62,750 nt of DNA, taken from positions 1 through 62,750 of the forward strand of contig JASMDC010000019.1 of assembly GCA_030753015.1 (NCBI GenBank). The letters are read 5' to 3'. The notes under the pieces were generated by a model. The model had not been told where the DNA came from and ran no database searches. It saw nothing but the letters and a program-made list of their open reading frames with translations. The DNA is from Candidatus Undinarchaeales archaeon (GTDB lineage: Archaea > SpSt-1190 > JASMDC01). The translations under genes were made by a program, and so were the position numbers. This document shows positions 27,290 to 36,197 of this stretch, in pieces (the first letter of the stretch is position 1; every line of letters begins with the position of its first letter).

Positions 27290-28348
27290 ATGGACGTCGA
27301 ATATGTAGATACCATTATCCTTCTTGAGGACGAGCGCCCGGAGGACTACCTTGGGGTCTTTGCCAACTACGGTGGCGAGGTCACCCGTGAGTTCCACCTG
27401 ATCAACGCGGTAGCTGTCAGAATGCCCGAGGACCAGCTCTACAAGCTGGAGGGCTACGACTTCATACGCAAGGTCGAGATGGACGGTGAGGTCCACGCGC
27501 TGAAGACCGAGACGGCCAATGCCTATGCGGGCTTCGGCTCCGGCCAGTGGGACATGGACAACATCAACGCCCCGCAGGCCTGGGAGGCCGGATTCACCGG
27601 CAAGGACGTCAAGGTCGCCGTCATCGACACCGGTATCAACTACAAGCACTCAGATCTCGCTCCCAACTACAAGGGCGGGTACGACTTCGTCAACGACGAC
27701 GACGATCCCCTGGACGATAACGGTCACGGCACCCACTGTGCCGGATCCATCGCCGCCAACGGCAAGATCAAGGGCGTCGCCTACGAGGCCGACCTCTACG
27801 GCGTGAAGGTGCTCAACTCCTGGGGCTCCGGGTCCTACTCGGGCGTCATCGCGGGCATCGAATGGGCCGTGGACAATGGTATGGATATCGCCTCTATGAG
27901 CCTCGGCGGTTCCTCCGGGACTGACGCCCTCCTTGAGGCGTGCGACGCCGCTCGTGCCAACGGCACCATCATCGTGGCCGCAGCGGGCAACTCCGGCGGC
28001 TCCGTCGGGTACCCTGCTGCGTACGATTCGGCCATCACCGTGGGTGCGGTGGACAAGCGCAACAAGCTTGCGTCCTTCTCATCCCGCGGTCCTGAGCTTG
28101 ACGTCGTGGCCCCCGGTGTCAATGTTTACTCGACCTACAAGAACGGCTACAAGAAGCTCTCGGGCACCTCCATGGCAACTCCCCACGTGGCCGGCTTCGT
28201 GGCCCTGCTCAAGCAGCAGGACATGTCCCGCGGGTTCGACGACATCCGCACCATCCTCCATGAGAACTCGACGGACATGGGCGAGCCTGGCTTCAATGAG
28301 GAGTATGGCTACGGCCTCATCGACGCCATCAAGGCCCTGGGGATCTAA
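27290..28348 (+). CDS. Subtilisin-like serine protease (S8) with an N-terminal I9 inhibitor/propeptide and no signal peptide
   Basis: The catalytic triad motifs are VIDTGI (Asp), HGTHCAGSIAA (His) and GTSMATPHVAG (Ser). Confidence 0.85.
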   Translation: MDVEYVDTIILLEDERPEDYLGVFANYGGEVTREFHLINAVAVRMPEDQLYKLEGYDFIRKVEMDGEVHALKTETANAYAGFGSGQWDMDNINAPQAWEAGFTGKDVKVAVIDTGINYKHSDLAPNYKGGYDFVNDDDDPLDDNGHGTHCAGSIAANGKIKGVAYEADLYGVKVLNSWGSGSYSGVIAGIEWAVDNGMDIASMSLGGSSGTDALLEACDAARANGTIIVAAAGNSGGSVGYPAAYDSAITVGAVDKRNKLASFSSRGPELDVVAPGVNVYSTYKNGYKKLSGTSMATPHVAGFVALLKQQDMSRGFDDIRTILHENSTDMGEPGFNEEYGYGLIDAIKALGI

Positions 28349-28363
28349 TAGGACGTCCCTCCC

Positions 28364-28933
28364 ATGTGGGAGGTCGAGCTGAAGGCGTGGGCAGACCCTG
28401 ATCTTGAGAGCAGACTGGAGGCGATCGGCGCCACACTGCTCAGGCGTGAGGTCATCGAGGATCTCTACTTCCAGCACCCGGGCCGATCATTCGCCGAGAC
28501 CGACGAGGAGCTGCGGGTGCGGACCGTGGACGGTAGGGCTGGTTTCATCACCTACAAGGGCCCGAGCACCGACGCGACCCGCCAGACCAAGGAGGAACTT
28601 GAGACCCCCGTCCCGGATCCGAATGCCGTGAAGGCGGTGCTGCGGCGGCTCGGATTCGTCGATGCTATCTACAAGTGCAAACGCTGCTCCCACTGGCGTC
28701 TCGATGACGCCATCCTCACAGTGGGCGAGGTGGAGGGCCTGGGCCTCTTCGTGGAGGTCGAGATCCCCACCGAGCGGGAGGAGGACGTGGCGACCAACCG
28801 CGCGCGCCTGCCCGACTTCCTCGACCGGATCGGCATCCCCCGGGAAAAGGTCGAGATCCGGTACTTCACCGAGATGCTCGTAGAGAAGGGGCTGGGGCGT
28901 CCGCCAAATCTTAAAAATAGGAAACACCCTTAA
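28364..28933 (+). CDS. CYTH-domain protein (class IV adenylyl cyclase / triphosphate tunnel metalloenzyme family)
   Basis: It has the EVELKAW N-terminal signature and paired acidic/basic beta-strand pattern typical of CYTH. Confidence 0.65.
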   Translation: MWEVELKAWADPDLESRLEAIGATLLRREVIEDLYFQHPGRSFAETDEELRVRTVDGRAGFITYKGPSTDATRQTKEELETPVPDPNAVKAVLRRLGFVDAIYKCKRCSHWRLDDAILTVGEVEGLGLFVEVEIPTEREEDVATNRARLPDFLDRIGIPREKVEIRYFTEMLVEKGLGRPPNLKNRKHP

Positions 28934-28938
28934 CGGCG

Positions 28939-29907
28939 TTGATGGCCGGACCCGTCGACGAGCTCCTCCCCGTGGCTGCAGGTGGGCTCGGCATCGCCGT
29001 CCTCAGCGTCCTGGGGACGCATACCATGAAGGGCCGGTTCGGCACCGACCGGCGTGGGTGTGGCATAGAGGGCGCGGTGTTCGGCATCTGGACCAACCTG
29101 CTCCTCAGTGCGTTCAAGGTCTGGGCCGGACTCGTCAGCGGCAGCTTCGCTGTGCTCGCCGATGCGATACACTCGCTCTCGGACGTCCTCACCAGCGCTG
29201 TCGTGGTCGCCGGGATCCACGTCAGCGGCAGGGAGCCCGACCGCGACCATCCGCTCGGTCACGGGGACGCCGAGCCCATCGCCGGGCTCATCGTGTCCAT
29301 CCTGCTCGTGGTCGTCGGTGTGGAGTTCGCCCGAACGGCTGTCGAGCGTCTGCTCAAGCCCGATATCCCGCAGGTCACGGTCGTGGCCATCGCCGCCACG
29401 CTTGTGGCCCTCGCCTACAAGTGGTGGGTCACCTTGTGGGTGAAGGATGTCGTGGAGAAGGTGCACAGCCCTGCACTCAAGGCCGACGCCGAGCACCATG
29501 CCAGCGATGTTCTCTCCTCGGTTGTCGTGCTCGTGGGTGTCACCGGTTCGTACATCGGTTATCCGCGCCTGGACTGGGCGGCCGGCCTGATCGTGTCCGC
29601 GTGGGTGTGCTGGGTGGGATTCTCCGTGGGCCGTTCCAACATCCGGATGCTCATGGGCACGGTGGAGGACCCGACGGTGCGCCAGCGCATCAAGGACCTC
29701 GCCCTGGCGGAGGATGACGTGAAGAACGTGCACAGGGTCCTCATCCATTACACGGGTTTAGAGTTCTCAGTGACCCTTCACCTGCGGTTCAAGCGGGACA
29801 TGCTCCTCAGCGAGGCCCACGAGATCGCCCGTCGCATCGAGGATACCATCCTTGACGATTGCGCCGAGTGCAAGTACGTGACCGTCCACATGGACCCTGC
29901 CCGCTAA
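28939..29907 (+). CDS. Cation diffusion facilitator (CDF) family divalent metal efflux transporter
   Basis: It has six TM helices with HSLSD and HxxD metal-binding motifs and a C-terminal cytoplasmic domain. Confidence 0.8.
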   Translation: MMAGPVDELLPVAAGGLGIAVLSVLGTHTMKGRFGTDRRGCGIEGAVFGIWTNLLLSAFKVWAGLVSGSFAVLADAIHSLSDVLTSAVVVAGIHVSGREPDRDHPLGHGDAEPIAGLIVSILLVVVGVEFARTAVERLLKPDIPQVTVVAIAATLVALAYKWWVTLWVKDVVEKVHSPALKADAEHHASDVLSSVVVLVGVTGSYIGYPRLDWAAGLIVSAWVCWVGFSVGRSNIRMLMGTVEDPTVRQRIKDLALAEDDVKNVHRVLIHYTGLEFSVTLHLRFKRDMLLSEAHEIARRIEDTILDDCAECKYVTVHMDPAR

Positions 29908-29911
29908 GGGG

Positions 29912-30277
29912 CTAGAGAAGGGCCTTGATCTTTTCCGTGGCCCGGTTCATCTCGACCAGGATGAGCCCGAGCGCGAAGGTGGGGCCAGTCATCGCAACTA
30001 GGATGGCCATGGGACCCGCGCCCATGGCTACGATGTTCCCATCCTTGGCCTCGACGATGATCCGGGCATGTTTACCGCGATGAAGTTCGTGGACCACTAT
30101 CTCCGAGGAACCGACCATGGTGGCGGCGACCGCAGCGAATGTCTCGGCCTGGACCGATGGGGGGATGTCGCTGGCCATGAGCAGGCCATCACGGGAGACC
30201 ACCGCTGATGCCTCCACGCCGCCATGGTGGCGCAGTTCGTGGAGTACCTCTTCCAACCGCTCGCGTATGGACGACAT
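29912..30277 (-). CDS. Roadblock/LC7 (MglB-like) domain protein
   Basis: It has GVEASAVVSRDGLLMAS...IVAMGAGP. The start is set at Met13 (ATG at 30277). Confidence 0.6.
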   Translation of the reverse strand: MSSIRERLEEVLHELRHHGGVEASAVVSRDGLLMASDIPPSVQAETFAAVAATMVGSSEIVVHELHRGKHARIIVEAKDGNIVAMGAGPMAILVAMTGPTFALGLILVEMNRATEKIKALL

Positions 30278-30287
30278 GGCCGCACCC

Positions 30288-31220
30288 TCACGCTGCCGGG
30301 ATCCGCGCTTCAAGGACGTTGACGACCAAGAATAGTATGTAGACTATCACCAACGCCATGCTCTCCCGCCGCGTCAGGCGATGCTCAGTGTGGAAGTAAC
30401 AGATGGCAAGGACATAGGCGAGGAGGGTGAGCGGGATGTTGAACTCGAGGATGCCGTGCTCGACGGTCAGATCCCTTATCGCCGCACCCGATCCCAGGGA
30501 TAGGAGCGGATCGGTGATGTTAGAGCCGATGAGGTTGCCCACGGAGAGAGCGGTAGCGCCACGGCGAAGCGCCATCACGGACACTGTAAGCTCGGGGAGC
30601 GATGTGCCAACCGATACGAGGGTGAGGCCGATGAGCGTCTCCGACACGCTGAAGTACTGGGCGATTGCCATGGCGCTCTTCACGAAGAGGTTGGCACCGA
30701 TGGGAACGGCCACGAGCCCGGGGACCAGCCACCACGTGGAAGCGAGTTCCTCGTCCTCCTCCTCCTTATCGGGTGTCCTCCCCCACAGGAAGAGGCCAAG
30801 AAGGTAGCCCACGTAAATTAGCACGAGGACGATCCCTTCCATCCGGCTCACCACACGGTCCGCCATTGTGACCGCCAGGATGAGCATGGCGAGGATCATG
30901 AAGGGACCATCGCGATGCACAGCTGTCCGCTCCACGTCCATCTCCCGCACAAGGCCAACGACGCCCAGGATGAGGGTGATCTGGACGAAGCAGGAGCCTA
31001 CAATGTTACCGATCGCGATCCCGGACGCCCCGTTCCACGCCGCGAACATTGAGGTGGCGATCTCGGGGATGGATGTGCCCACGGACGTGATGGTGAGCCC
31101 GACGAACATCTGGGGTAGAGAGAAGCGGCGCGCCAAAGCCTTGGCCCCGTCAACGATCCAGTCGCTCCCCTTGATGAGGATCGCCACTCCGATGATGAAG
31201 TACGCTACGTTCTCGAGCAT
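30288..31220 (-). CDS. Ca2+/cation antiporter (CaCA family, YrbG-like Na+/Ca2+ exchanger)
   Basis: It has two alpha-repeat GTSxPE motifs (GTSIPEIATS; GTSLPELTVS). Confidence 0.85.
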   Translation of the reverse strand: MLENVAYFIIGVAILIKGSDWIVDGAKALARRFSLPQMFVGLTITSVGTSIPEIATSMFAAWNGASGIAIGNIVGSCFVQITLILGVVGLVREMDVERTAVHRDGPFMILAMLILAVTMADRVVSRMEGIVLVLIYVGYLLGLFLWGRTPDKEEEDEELASTWWLVPGLVAVPIGANLFVKSAMAIAQYFSVSETLIGLTLVSVGTSLPELTVSVMALRRGATALSVGNLIGSNITDPLLSLGSGAAIRDLTVEHGILEFNIPLTLLAYVLAICYFHTEHRLTRRESMALVIVYILFLVVNVLEARIPAA

Positions 31221-31235
31221 GGCCTTCCCGTCCGG

Positions 31236-32219
31236 TCACTCCTGGTCGAAGCCGACCTCTGAGTTGTCCTTCTGTCGCGCGTGCAATAAAAAGGTTTTCA
31301 CGCCCTCCAGCGTGGGGAAGGCCGTGATAGCGCCGCGTCTGGTGGTCACCAGTGCGCCCACTGCGCACGCGAACCGCCCGGCCTCTACCAGTGATGAGCC
31401 ACGCGCGAGCGAGGACATCAGACCTGCAGCAAAACCGTCCCCGGCACCAGTGGCGTCCTTTGGCTCCACCTCGAAGGCCGGGATGAACGTCGTCCGCTGT
31501 TCCTCGCAGAGCAACGCCCCCTTCGAGCCCAGGGTCACCACCGCCTTCTTGGGCCCGCGTCGGGTGATGAGGCGCGCAGCCATGGCCGGATCGTCCTGGC
31601 CTGAGAGCATCTGGGCCTCCTCATCGCTCGCTAGTATAAAGTCTACGTACGGGAGGAACTTCTCGTACACCTTCAATGCCTCGAGCTTTGTCCATGCGTC
31701 CGAGCGGTAGTTCACCGCGAACGAGACAGTGAGCCCGTGCTTTCTGGCAATCCTCACGGCACGGTACACGGCCCGCATGGGCTTCTTCGCCGAGAGGGTG
31801 AATCCTGAGAAGTGGAGGAATCGCGCGTTTGCGATATAGGGCTCGGAAATGTCCTTCTCGTTGAGCTCCACGTCCGCTCCGCGGTAGAAAAGGTAATCGG
31901 GCTCGGCCGTGACGAAGGCGAGCGATGTGCGCTCCTTGCACATGGTCACCTGCGAGACATCCACCCCTTCCCTCTCCAGTGTGTGCTTGAGGAATTGGCC
32001 GAAAGGATCGGCGCCCACCTTGGCGATGACCCCTGCCTTACATCCGAGGCGCTGCACGCCCACAGCGAAGTTGCCCGGAGCACCACCGAAGCACTTCTTG
32101 AAACCACTTACTCGGTCGAGGCCCGAGGCCTCGTCCACGACCATGTCGATGAGGATATCGCCGATGGCAAGGAAGTCCACGGACGGTGGCATCAGACCCC
32201 ACCCCCCGTGGTACGGCAC
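31236..32219 (-). CDS. PfkB-family carbohydrate kinase (ribokinase-like)
   Basis: It has an N-terminal GG motif region and a C-terminal DATGAGDGFAAG anion-hole motif. Confidence 0.8.
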   Translation of the reverse strand: MPYHGGWGLMPPSVDFLAIGDILIDMVVDEASGLDRVSGFKKCFGGAPGNFAVGVQRLGCKAGVIAKVGADPFGQFLKHTLEREGVDVSQVTMCKERTSLAFVTAEPDYLFYRGADVELNEKDISEPYIANARFLHFSGFTLSAKKPMRAVYRAVRIARKHGLTVSFAVNYRSDAWTKLEALKVYEKFLPYVDFILASDEEAQMLSGQDDPAMAARLITRRGPKKAVVTLGSKGALLCEEQRTTFIPAFEVEPKDATGAGDGFAAGLMSSLARGSSLVEAGRFACAVGALVTTRRGAITAFPTLEGVKTFLLHARQKDNSEVGFDQE

Positions 32220-32319
32220 CCGGGGGTGGAGAAGGATAGATGGAGAACCATCGAAGGAGTGTTTCCGCCGTTTGATTTATCAAGGTATGGTCTTCCCACA
32301 AGAGCACAAGGTGCCGAAC

Positions 32320-33009
32320 ATGGATCCCTCCGACGCGAGCAGTCCCGCCGGCCAGCGACTTGCCGAACCCCCCTACCTCCAGGTGGCCCTGGATTTGGTG
32401 GACGACAAAGTGCTTCGACGTGTTGTCGAGGCTATTCCCGCCGACAAACGGATCATCCTGGAGGCGGGCACGCCCCTGATCAAGCGCTTCGGCGTTGGCG
32501 TGATGCGCGATATCAGTGCCATCCGGCCCGATGCTTTCATCATCGCAGACCTCAAGACCCTCGACGTGGGCAAGCTCGAGGTTGCCATCGCTGCTGAGCA
32601 GGGAGCTCACGCCGCGGCGGTATCCGCCCTTGCGCCGGTCGAGACCGTGGAGGCCTTCATCGACGAGTGCAAAGAGCGCGGACTCCGCTCGTATGTGGAC
32701 ATGATGAACGTGTCCGATCCGGCCGCTCTTGTGAGCGGGCTCTCTGTAAAGCCCGACGTCGTGCTCCTTCACAGGGGCATCGACGCCGAGCTCGGAGGGA
32801 CCACTGTAACGGGATGGGGAGCCATCCCCGCGATAAAGCGCGCAGGCGGCGAGGGTATGCTCGTGGCCGTGGCCGGGGGCATCACCCCCGAGACCGCGCC
32901 CGACGCTCTCGCAGCTGGTGCCGACGTCCTCGTCATCGGACGGGCCATAACGGCCGCAGATGACGTCAACGATGCCGCGCAGGGATTCCTGCGCATTCTA
33001 GGAGTGTGA
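32320..33009 (+). CDS. 3-hexulose-6-phosphate synthase-like (OMP decarboxylase/KGPDC superfamily)
   Basis: It has the PYLQVALDL N-terminal signature and a (beta/alpha)8 fold. The start is trimmed to ATG 32320 (or in-frame GTG 32311), about 25 nt after a TATA-like ATTTATCA. Confidence 0.65.
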   Translation: MDPSDASSPAGQRLAEPPYLQVALDLVDDKVLRRVVEAIPADKRIILEAGTPLIKRFGVGVMRDISAIRPDAFIIADLKTLDVGKLEVAIAAEQGAHAAAVSALAPVETVEAFIDECKERGLRSYVDMMNVSDPAALVSGLSVKPDVVLLHRGIDAELGGTTVTGWGAIPAIKRAGGEGMLVAVAGGITPETAPDALAAGADVLVIGRAITAADDVNDAAQGFLRILGV

Positions 33010-33015
33010 GATGAG

Positions 33016-34014
33016 ATGACCGCAAAGAAGAAGACCGATGATCTTGATGAGGAGATACTCGAACGCCTCGAAGGAGGAGGAGGAGGAGGGGGAATCGTGA
33101 CCAGCAACAGCGGACCCGGTGCTGGTGTGCTCGCTCTCGCGGGCCTGCTCCCGCTCCTTGCCATGGGGGCGGTGTTCGTGTTCCTGTTCTGCATCGCCCG
33201 GATCCCCGCTGGCCACGTGGGCGTGGCCTACAGCGTGTTCGGGGGAGTGCTGCCTGTCGAGTACGAGATGGGTTGGCACCTCAAGTGGCCCTGGATCGAC
33301 ATCACCCTCTACTCCATCCAGACCCAGGACTACACCATGTCCATCCTGCAGGGCGAGGGCAAGCGTACGGGCGACGACCGCATCACTGCCCTCACCTCCG
33401 AGGGGCTGAACGTGGACCTGGACCTCACCGTGCTGTACAAGATCGAGCCCGACAAGGCCGACGTGATCCACACCACCCTGGGCGCGACGTATGACGAGAA
33501 GGTCATCCGCACCAATATCCGCTCGACCATCCGCAAGGTCGCCGCCACTCACACCGCCAAGGAGATCTACTCCGATATGCGCAAGCAGGTGGAGCAGGAG
33601 ATCAGTGACGATATCACGGCCATCCTTGCGCCCTACAACATCCTGGTGACGGACCTGCTGCTGCGCAACGTGGAGCTCCCGCCCCAGCTCAAGTCCTCCA
33701 TCGAGGAGAAGCAGGTCGCTGAGCAGCGTGCGCTGAGGATGGAGTACGTGCTGAACGAGGAGACCAAGAAGGCCAAGCAGCGGATGATCGAGGCAGAAGG
33801 TATCGCCAACGCCACGGTGATCAAGGCCGCCGGTGAGGCACTGGCCATCCAGCGCATCCAGGAGCAGTTCGGTACCACGGACCCGAAGTCGGTGCTCGGG
33901 TACTACTACATCAAGACCCTGGACCGCACCGACCTCCAGACGGTCATCGTGCCCACGGACTCGGGCGTACCGATCTTCCTGCCGGCCGGGGCCGTAGGGA
34001 AGGGTGCGGCCTGA
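33016..34014 (+). CDS. SPFH/band-7 (stomatin/prohibitin-like) membrane protein
   Basis: An N-terminal TM is followed by an SPFH domain and a coiled-coil C-terminus. Confidence 0.85.
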   Translation: MTAKKKTDDLDEEILERLEGGGGGGGIVTSNSGPGAGVLALAGLLPLLAMGAVFVFLFCIARIPAGHVGVAYSVFGGVLPVEYEMGWHLKWPWIDITLYSIQTQDYTMSILQGEGKRTGDDRITALTSEGLNVDLDLTVLYKIEPDKADVIHTTLGATYDEKVIRTNIRSTIRKVAATHTAKEIYSDMRKQVEQEISDDITAILAPYNILVTDLLLRNVELPPQLKSSIEEKQVAEQRALRMEYVLNEETKKAKQRMIEAEGIANATVIKAAGEALAIQRIQEQFGTTDPKSVLGYYYIKTLDRTDLQTVIVPTDSGVPIFLPAGAVGKGAA

Positions 34015-34039
34015 GCGTCGTAGATCCCCTGTGGTAACG

Positions 34040-34828
34040 ATGATGAGACGCGCTCTGGCCGTCCTTGCGGTCCTCGCTCTCTTAGCGGGGTGCACCGGTC
34101 CCGGTAGCGGGGGCGCTGCCACCCCTCCTGCCACCGGCCCCCCCCAGCAGCTCCTGCCCGACGGGACGATTTGCTCCTCGTCCTCGGAGTGTGCCGGGGG
34201 CAACTGCCGTTACGGCGTTTGCTGCCTGGCCGGCGAGCGCTGCTGCACCACGGGCGAGCACTGCCCGCCCTCCCAGGAGTGCGGTACCGGGTCCTACTGT
34301 GTCCCGGGAAGTGCCATGGCTGACATCCCCATCGGACCCACCGACATACCAGCAGATCCCGGTGCGCTGAAGGTCCAGGAGGGTGATGAGGTGATGGTGG
34401 ACTACGTGGGCTGGACCACCGACGACCGAGTGGTGTTCGACGCGTCCATCGAGGAGGAAGCGCGGAAATCCGGGCTCCCGCCCAGGGACCGGTACGAGCC
34501 GCTCGCAGTCAAGGTCGGCGCGGGCCAGGTGATCCAGGGATTCGATCGCGGGCTCGTGGGGATGGCCAAGGACGAGACTAAGAAGATCATCATCCCGCCC
34601 GAGGAGGGATACGGGCCCAAGGATCCTGGCCTGTTCAGGCCCATCCCGGTCGACTCACTGCGCGCCCAGGGCTTCGAGCCCGAGGAGGGGGGCCAGCTCA
34701 TCACTGCGGGCGGTGCGTTCCCCATCCTCAACGTCAGTAACGGCATGGCGTGGGTGGACATGAACCACATGCTCGCCGGTCGCGAGATCGCGTTCAGGGT
34801 GACGATCAGGACCATCGACAGGACATGA
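34040..34828 (+). CDS. FKBP-type peptidyl-prolyl cis-trans isomerase lipoprotein with a Cys-rich segment
   Basis: It has a lipobox (LLAGC), a Cys-rich stretch of 12 Cys, and an FKBP domain (GDEVMVDYVGWTTDDRVVFDAS...IQGFDRGLVGM) with an IF-like insertion. Confidence 0.75.
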   Translation: MMRRALAVLAVLALLAGCTGPGSGGAATPPATGPPQQLLPDGTICSSSSECAGGNCRYGVCCLAGERCCTTGEHCPPSQECGTGSYCVPGSAMADIPIGPTDIPADPGALKVQEGDEVMVDYVGWTTDDRVVFDASIEEEARKSGLPPRDRYEPLAVKVGAGQVIQGFDRGLVGMAKDETKKIIIPPEEGYGPKDPGLFRPIPVDSLRAQGFEPEEGGQLITAGGAFPILNVSNGMAWVDMNHMLAGREIAFRVTIRTIDRT

Positions 34829-34883
34829 TCGTGCGCCCACCCCACCCAAAGGTTTAACTAGCGAGAGAGTCCGAGCCCCGCCT

Positions 34884-35243
34884 ATGCTCGTGTACGCATC
34901 ATACATCGCCCTTGGACTGACCGCTGGTGTGCTCAGCGGCCTCCTGGGGGTCGGGGGAGGTATCCTTCTCGTCCCCGTCATGGTGTACGCGTTCGGCCTC
35001 TCCCAGCACGAAGCCCAGGGCACGACCCTCGCTCTGATGGTGCCCCCGATCGGGCTTCTGGGCGCCTACAAGTACTACATCGAGGATAACGTGGATGTAA
35101 CCATGGCAGCCTTCATCTGCATCGGGTTCTTCTTCGGCGGGTACCTCGGTGCTGTTTTCGCAAACGACATCGAGCCCGCCATGCTCAGGCGCGTGTTCGG
35201 TGTGGCGCTGATGGTGACCTCGCTGAAGATGGTCTTCAGCTGA
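34884..35243 (+). CDS. TauE/SafE (DUF81) family small membrane protein
   Basis: It has four TM helices with Gly-rich motifs (LLGVGGGILLVP). Confidence 0.55.
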   Translation: MLVYASYIALGLTAGVLSGLLGVGGGILLVPVMVYAFGLSQHEAQGTTLALMVPPIGLLGAYKYYIEDNVDVTMAAFICIGFFFGGYLGAVFANDIEPAMLRRVFGVALMVTSLKMVFS

Positions 35244-35302
35244 CCGAGGGGCCGCTGTATCCAAACCCCATATAAAGCTATACGTGCACAAGGTAGTTCG
35301 CC

Positions 35303-35842
35303 ATGAGCGGAGGGCTGGAGCAGTTCCATATCTGGTTCGCTGTGTGCCTTGCCAGTTTTACCGCCTACTCCTACATCCGCGTGGTCGAGAGCTGGGGGAA
35401 GGTCAGCCCCCAGAAGCGCATCATGGAGCCCTCCACTGCCTTCGCCGGTCTCCTGGGATATATCAACATGATCGCCAACGATCTCATGTACGGTGATTTC
35501 GGTCTCGGCGCCATGATCGGCCTGATCGCGGCTTGCCTGGGCATCATCCTCATCGTCATGGCCGTGTTCCATGTCCCGCCGAAGCGCGGTGATGTCGGTC
35601 CGGAGCACAAGAAGATCAGCTTCCCCACTTCGGGGGTCTACGCGTACCTGCGTCATCCGCTATACGACGGTCTCGTCCTTTCCTTTATCGGGTTCCCCTT
35701 GGCCGCGGGTGCAGTGTACTCTCTCTTCGCCGCTGTGCTGTGGGCCCTGTTCGTGGTATTCTGGGGCATGCTTGAGGACCAGATGCTCGCCGATGAGCAC
35801 GGCTCCAAGTTCATCGATTACCAGGCACGCACGTTCTTCTAG
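35303..35842 (+). CDS. Isoprenylcysteine carboxyl methyltransferase / phospholipid methyltransferase family membrane protein
   Basis: It has the RHPLY motif and a C-terminal EDxxLxxxxGxxxxxY signature. Confidence 0.7.
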   Translation: MSGGLEQFHIWFAVCLASFTAYSYIRVVESWGKVSPQKRIMEPSTAFAGLLGYINMIANDLMYGDFGLGAMIGLIAACLGIILIVMAVFHVPPKRGDVGPEHKKISFPTSGVYAYLRHPLYDGLVLSFIGFPLAAGAVYSLFAAVLWALFVVFWGMLEDQMLADEHGSKFIDYQARTFF

Positions 35843-36124
35843 GACGCGATCACTGTCGACATTATTCAGTGATCGTTCTTGACATCCACCCCCAATAAAT
35901 AGTAGGTCGTTCATCATTATATATGCCCCGGGGGTGGCGTGCCAGTATTCCACATTTTACTGAAATATTAATAAGAATTTAATACTATTTTAGTACTAGA
36001 TTTGGGGTCGCCTGTTTATTGTATGCATGTTCGCCCACCTTCACCGGTACGCGATCCGTCCCATGGTTGAAAACGCATGGGATTTCTCGAACACGTTCAA
36101 TATTACTAAGGATTCATCCCTTCC

Positions 36125-36167
36125 CTCTCGGAAGGGGACTTCCCGCCGAAATAAAAAAGAGTTAAAA
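36125..36167 (+). promoter_or_regulatory. Conserved promoter-like element, copy 3 (CTCGGAAGGGGACTTCCCGCCGAAATAAAAAAGAGTTAAAAC)
   Basis: The TTAAA at 36162-36166 is about 32 nt upstream of the alaS ATG at 36198. Confidence 0.55.
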
Positions 36168-36197
36168 CCTTGTCGGCTGTCCCCGTTCAGGATCGTC

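Noticed and set aside
31909-32319. Long N-terminal extension of the HPS-like ORF (start at 31909)
   Set aside because: The extension overlaps the divergent PfkB kinase gene and has no similarity. The conserved PYLQVALDL start and an upstream TATA place the start at 32311/32320.
36027-36197. N-terminal extension of alaS in the ORF track (start at 36027)
   Set aside because: The extension would run through the AT-rich intergenic region and the conserved promoter element. The first ATG after the TATA (36198) gives the canonical archaeal AlaRS N-terminus.
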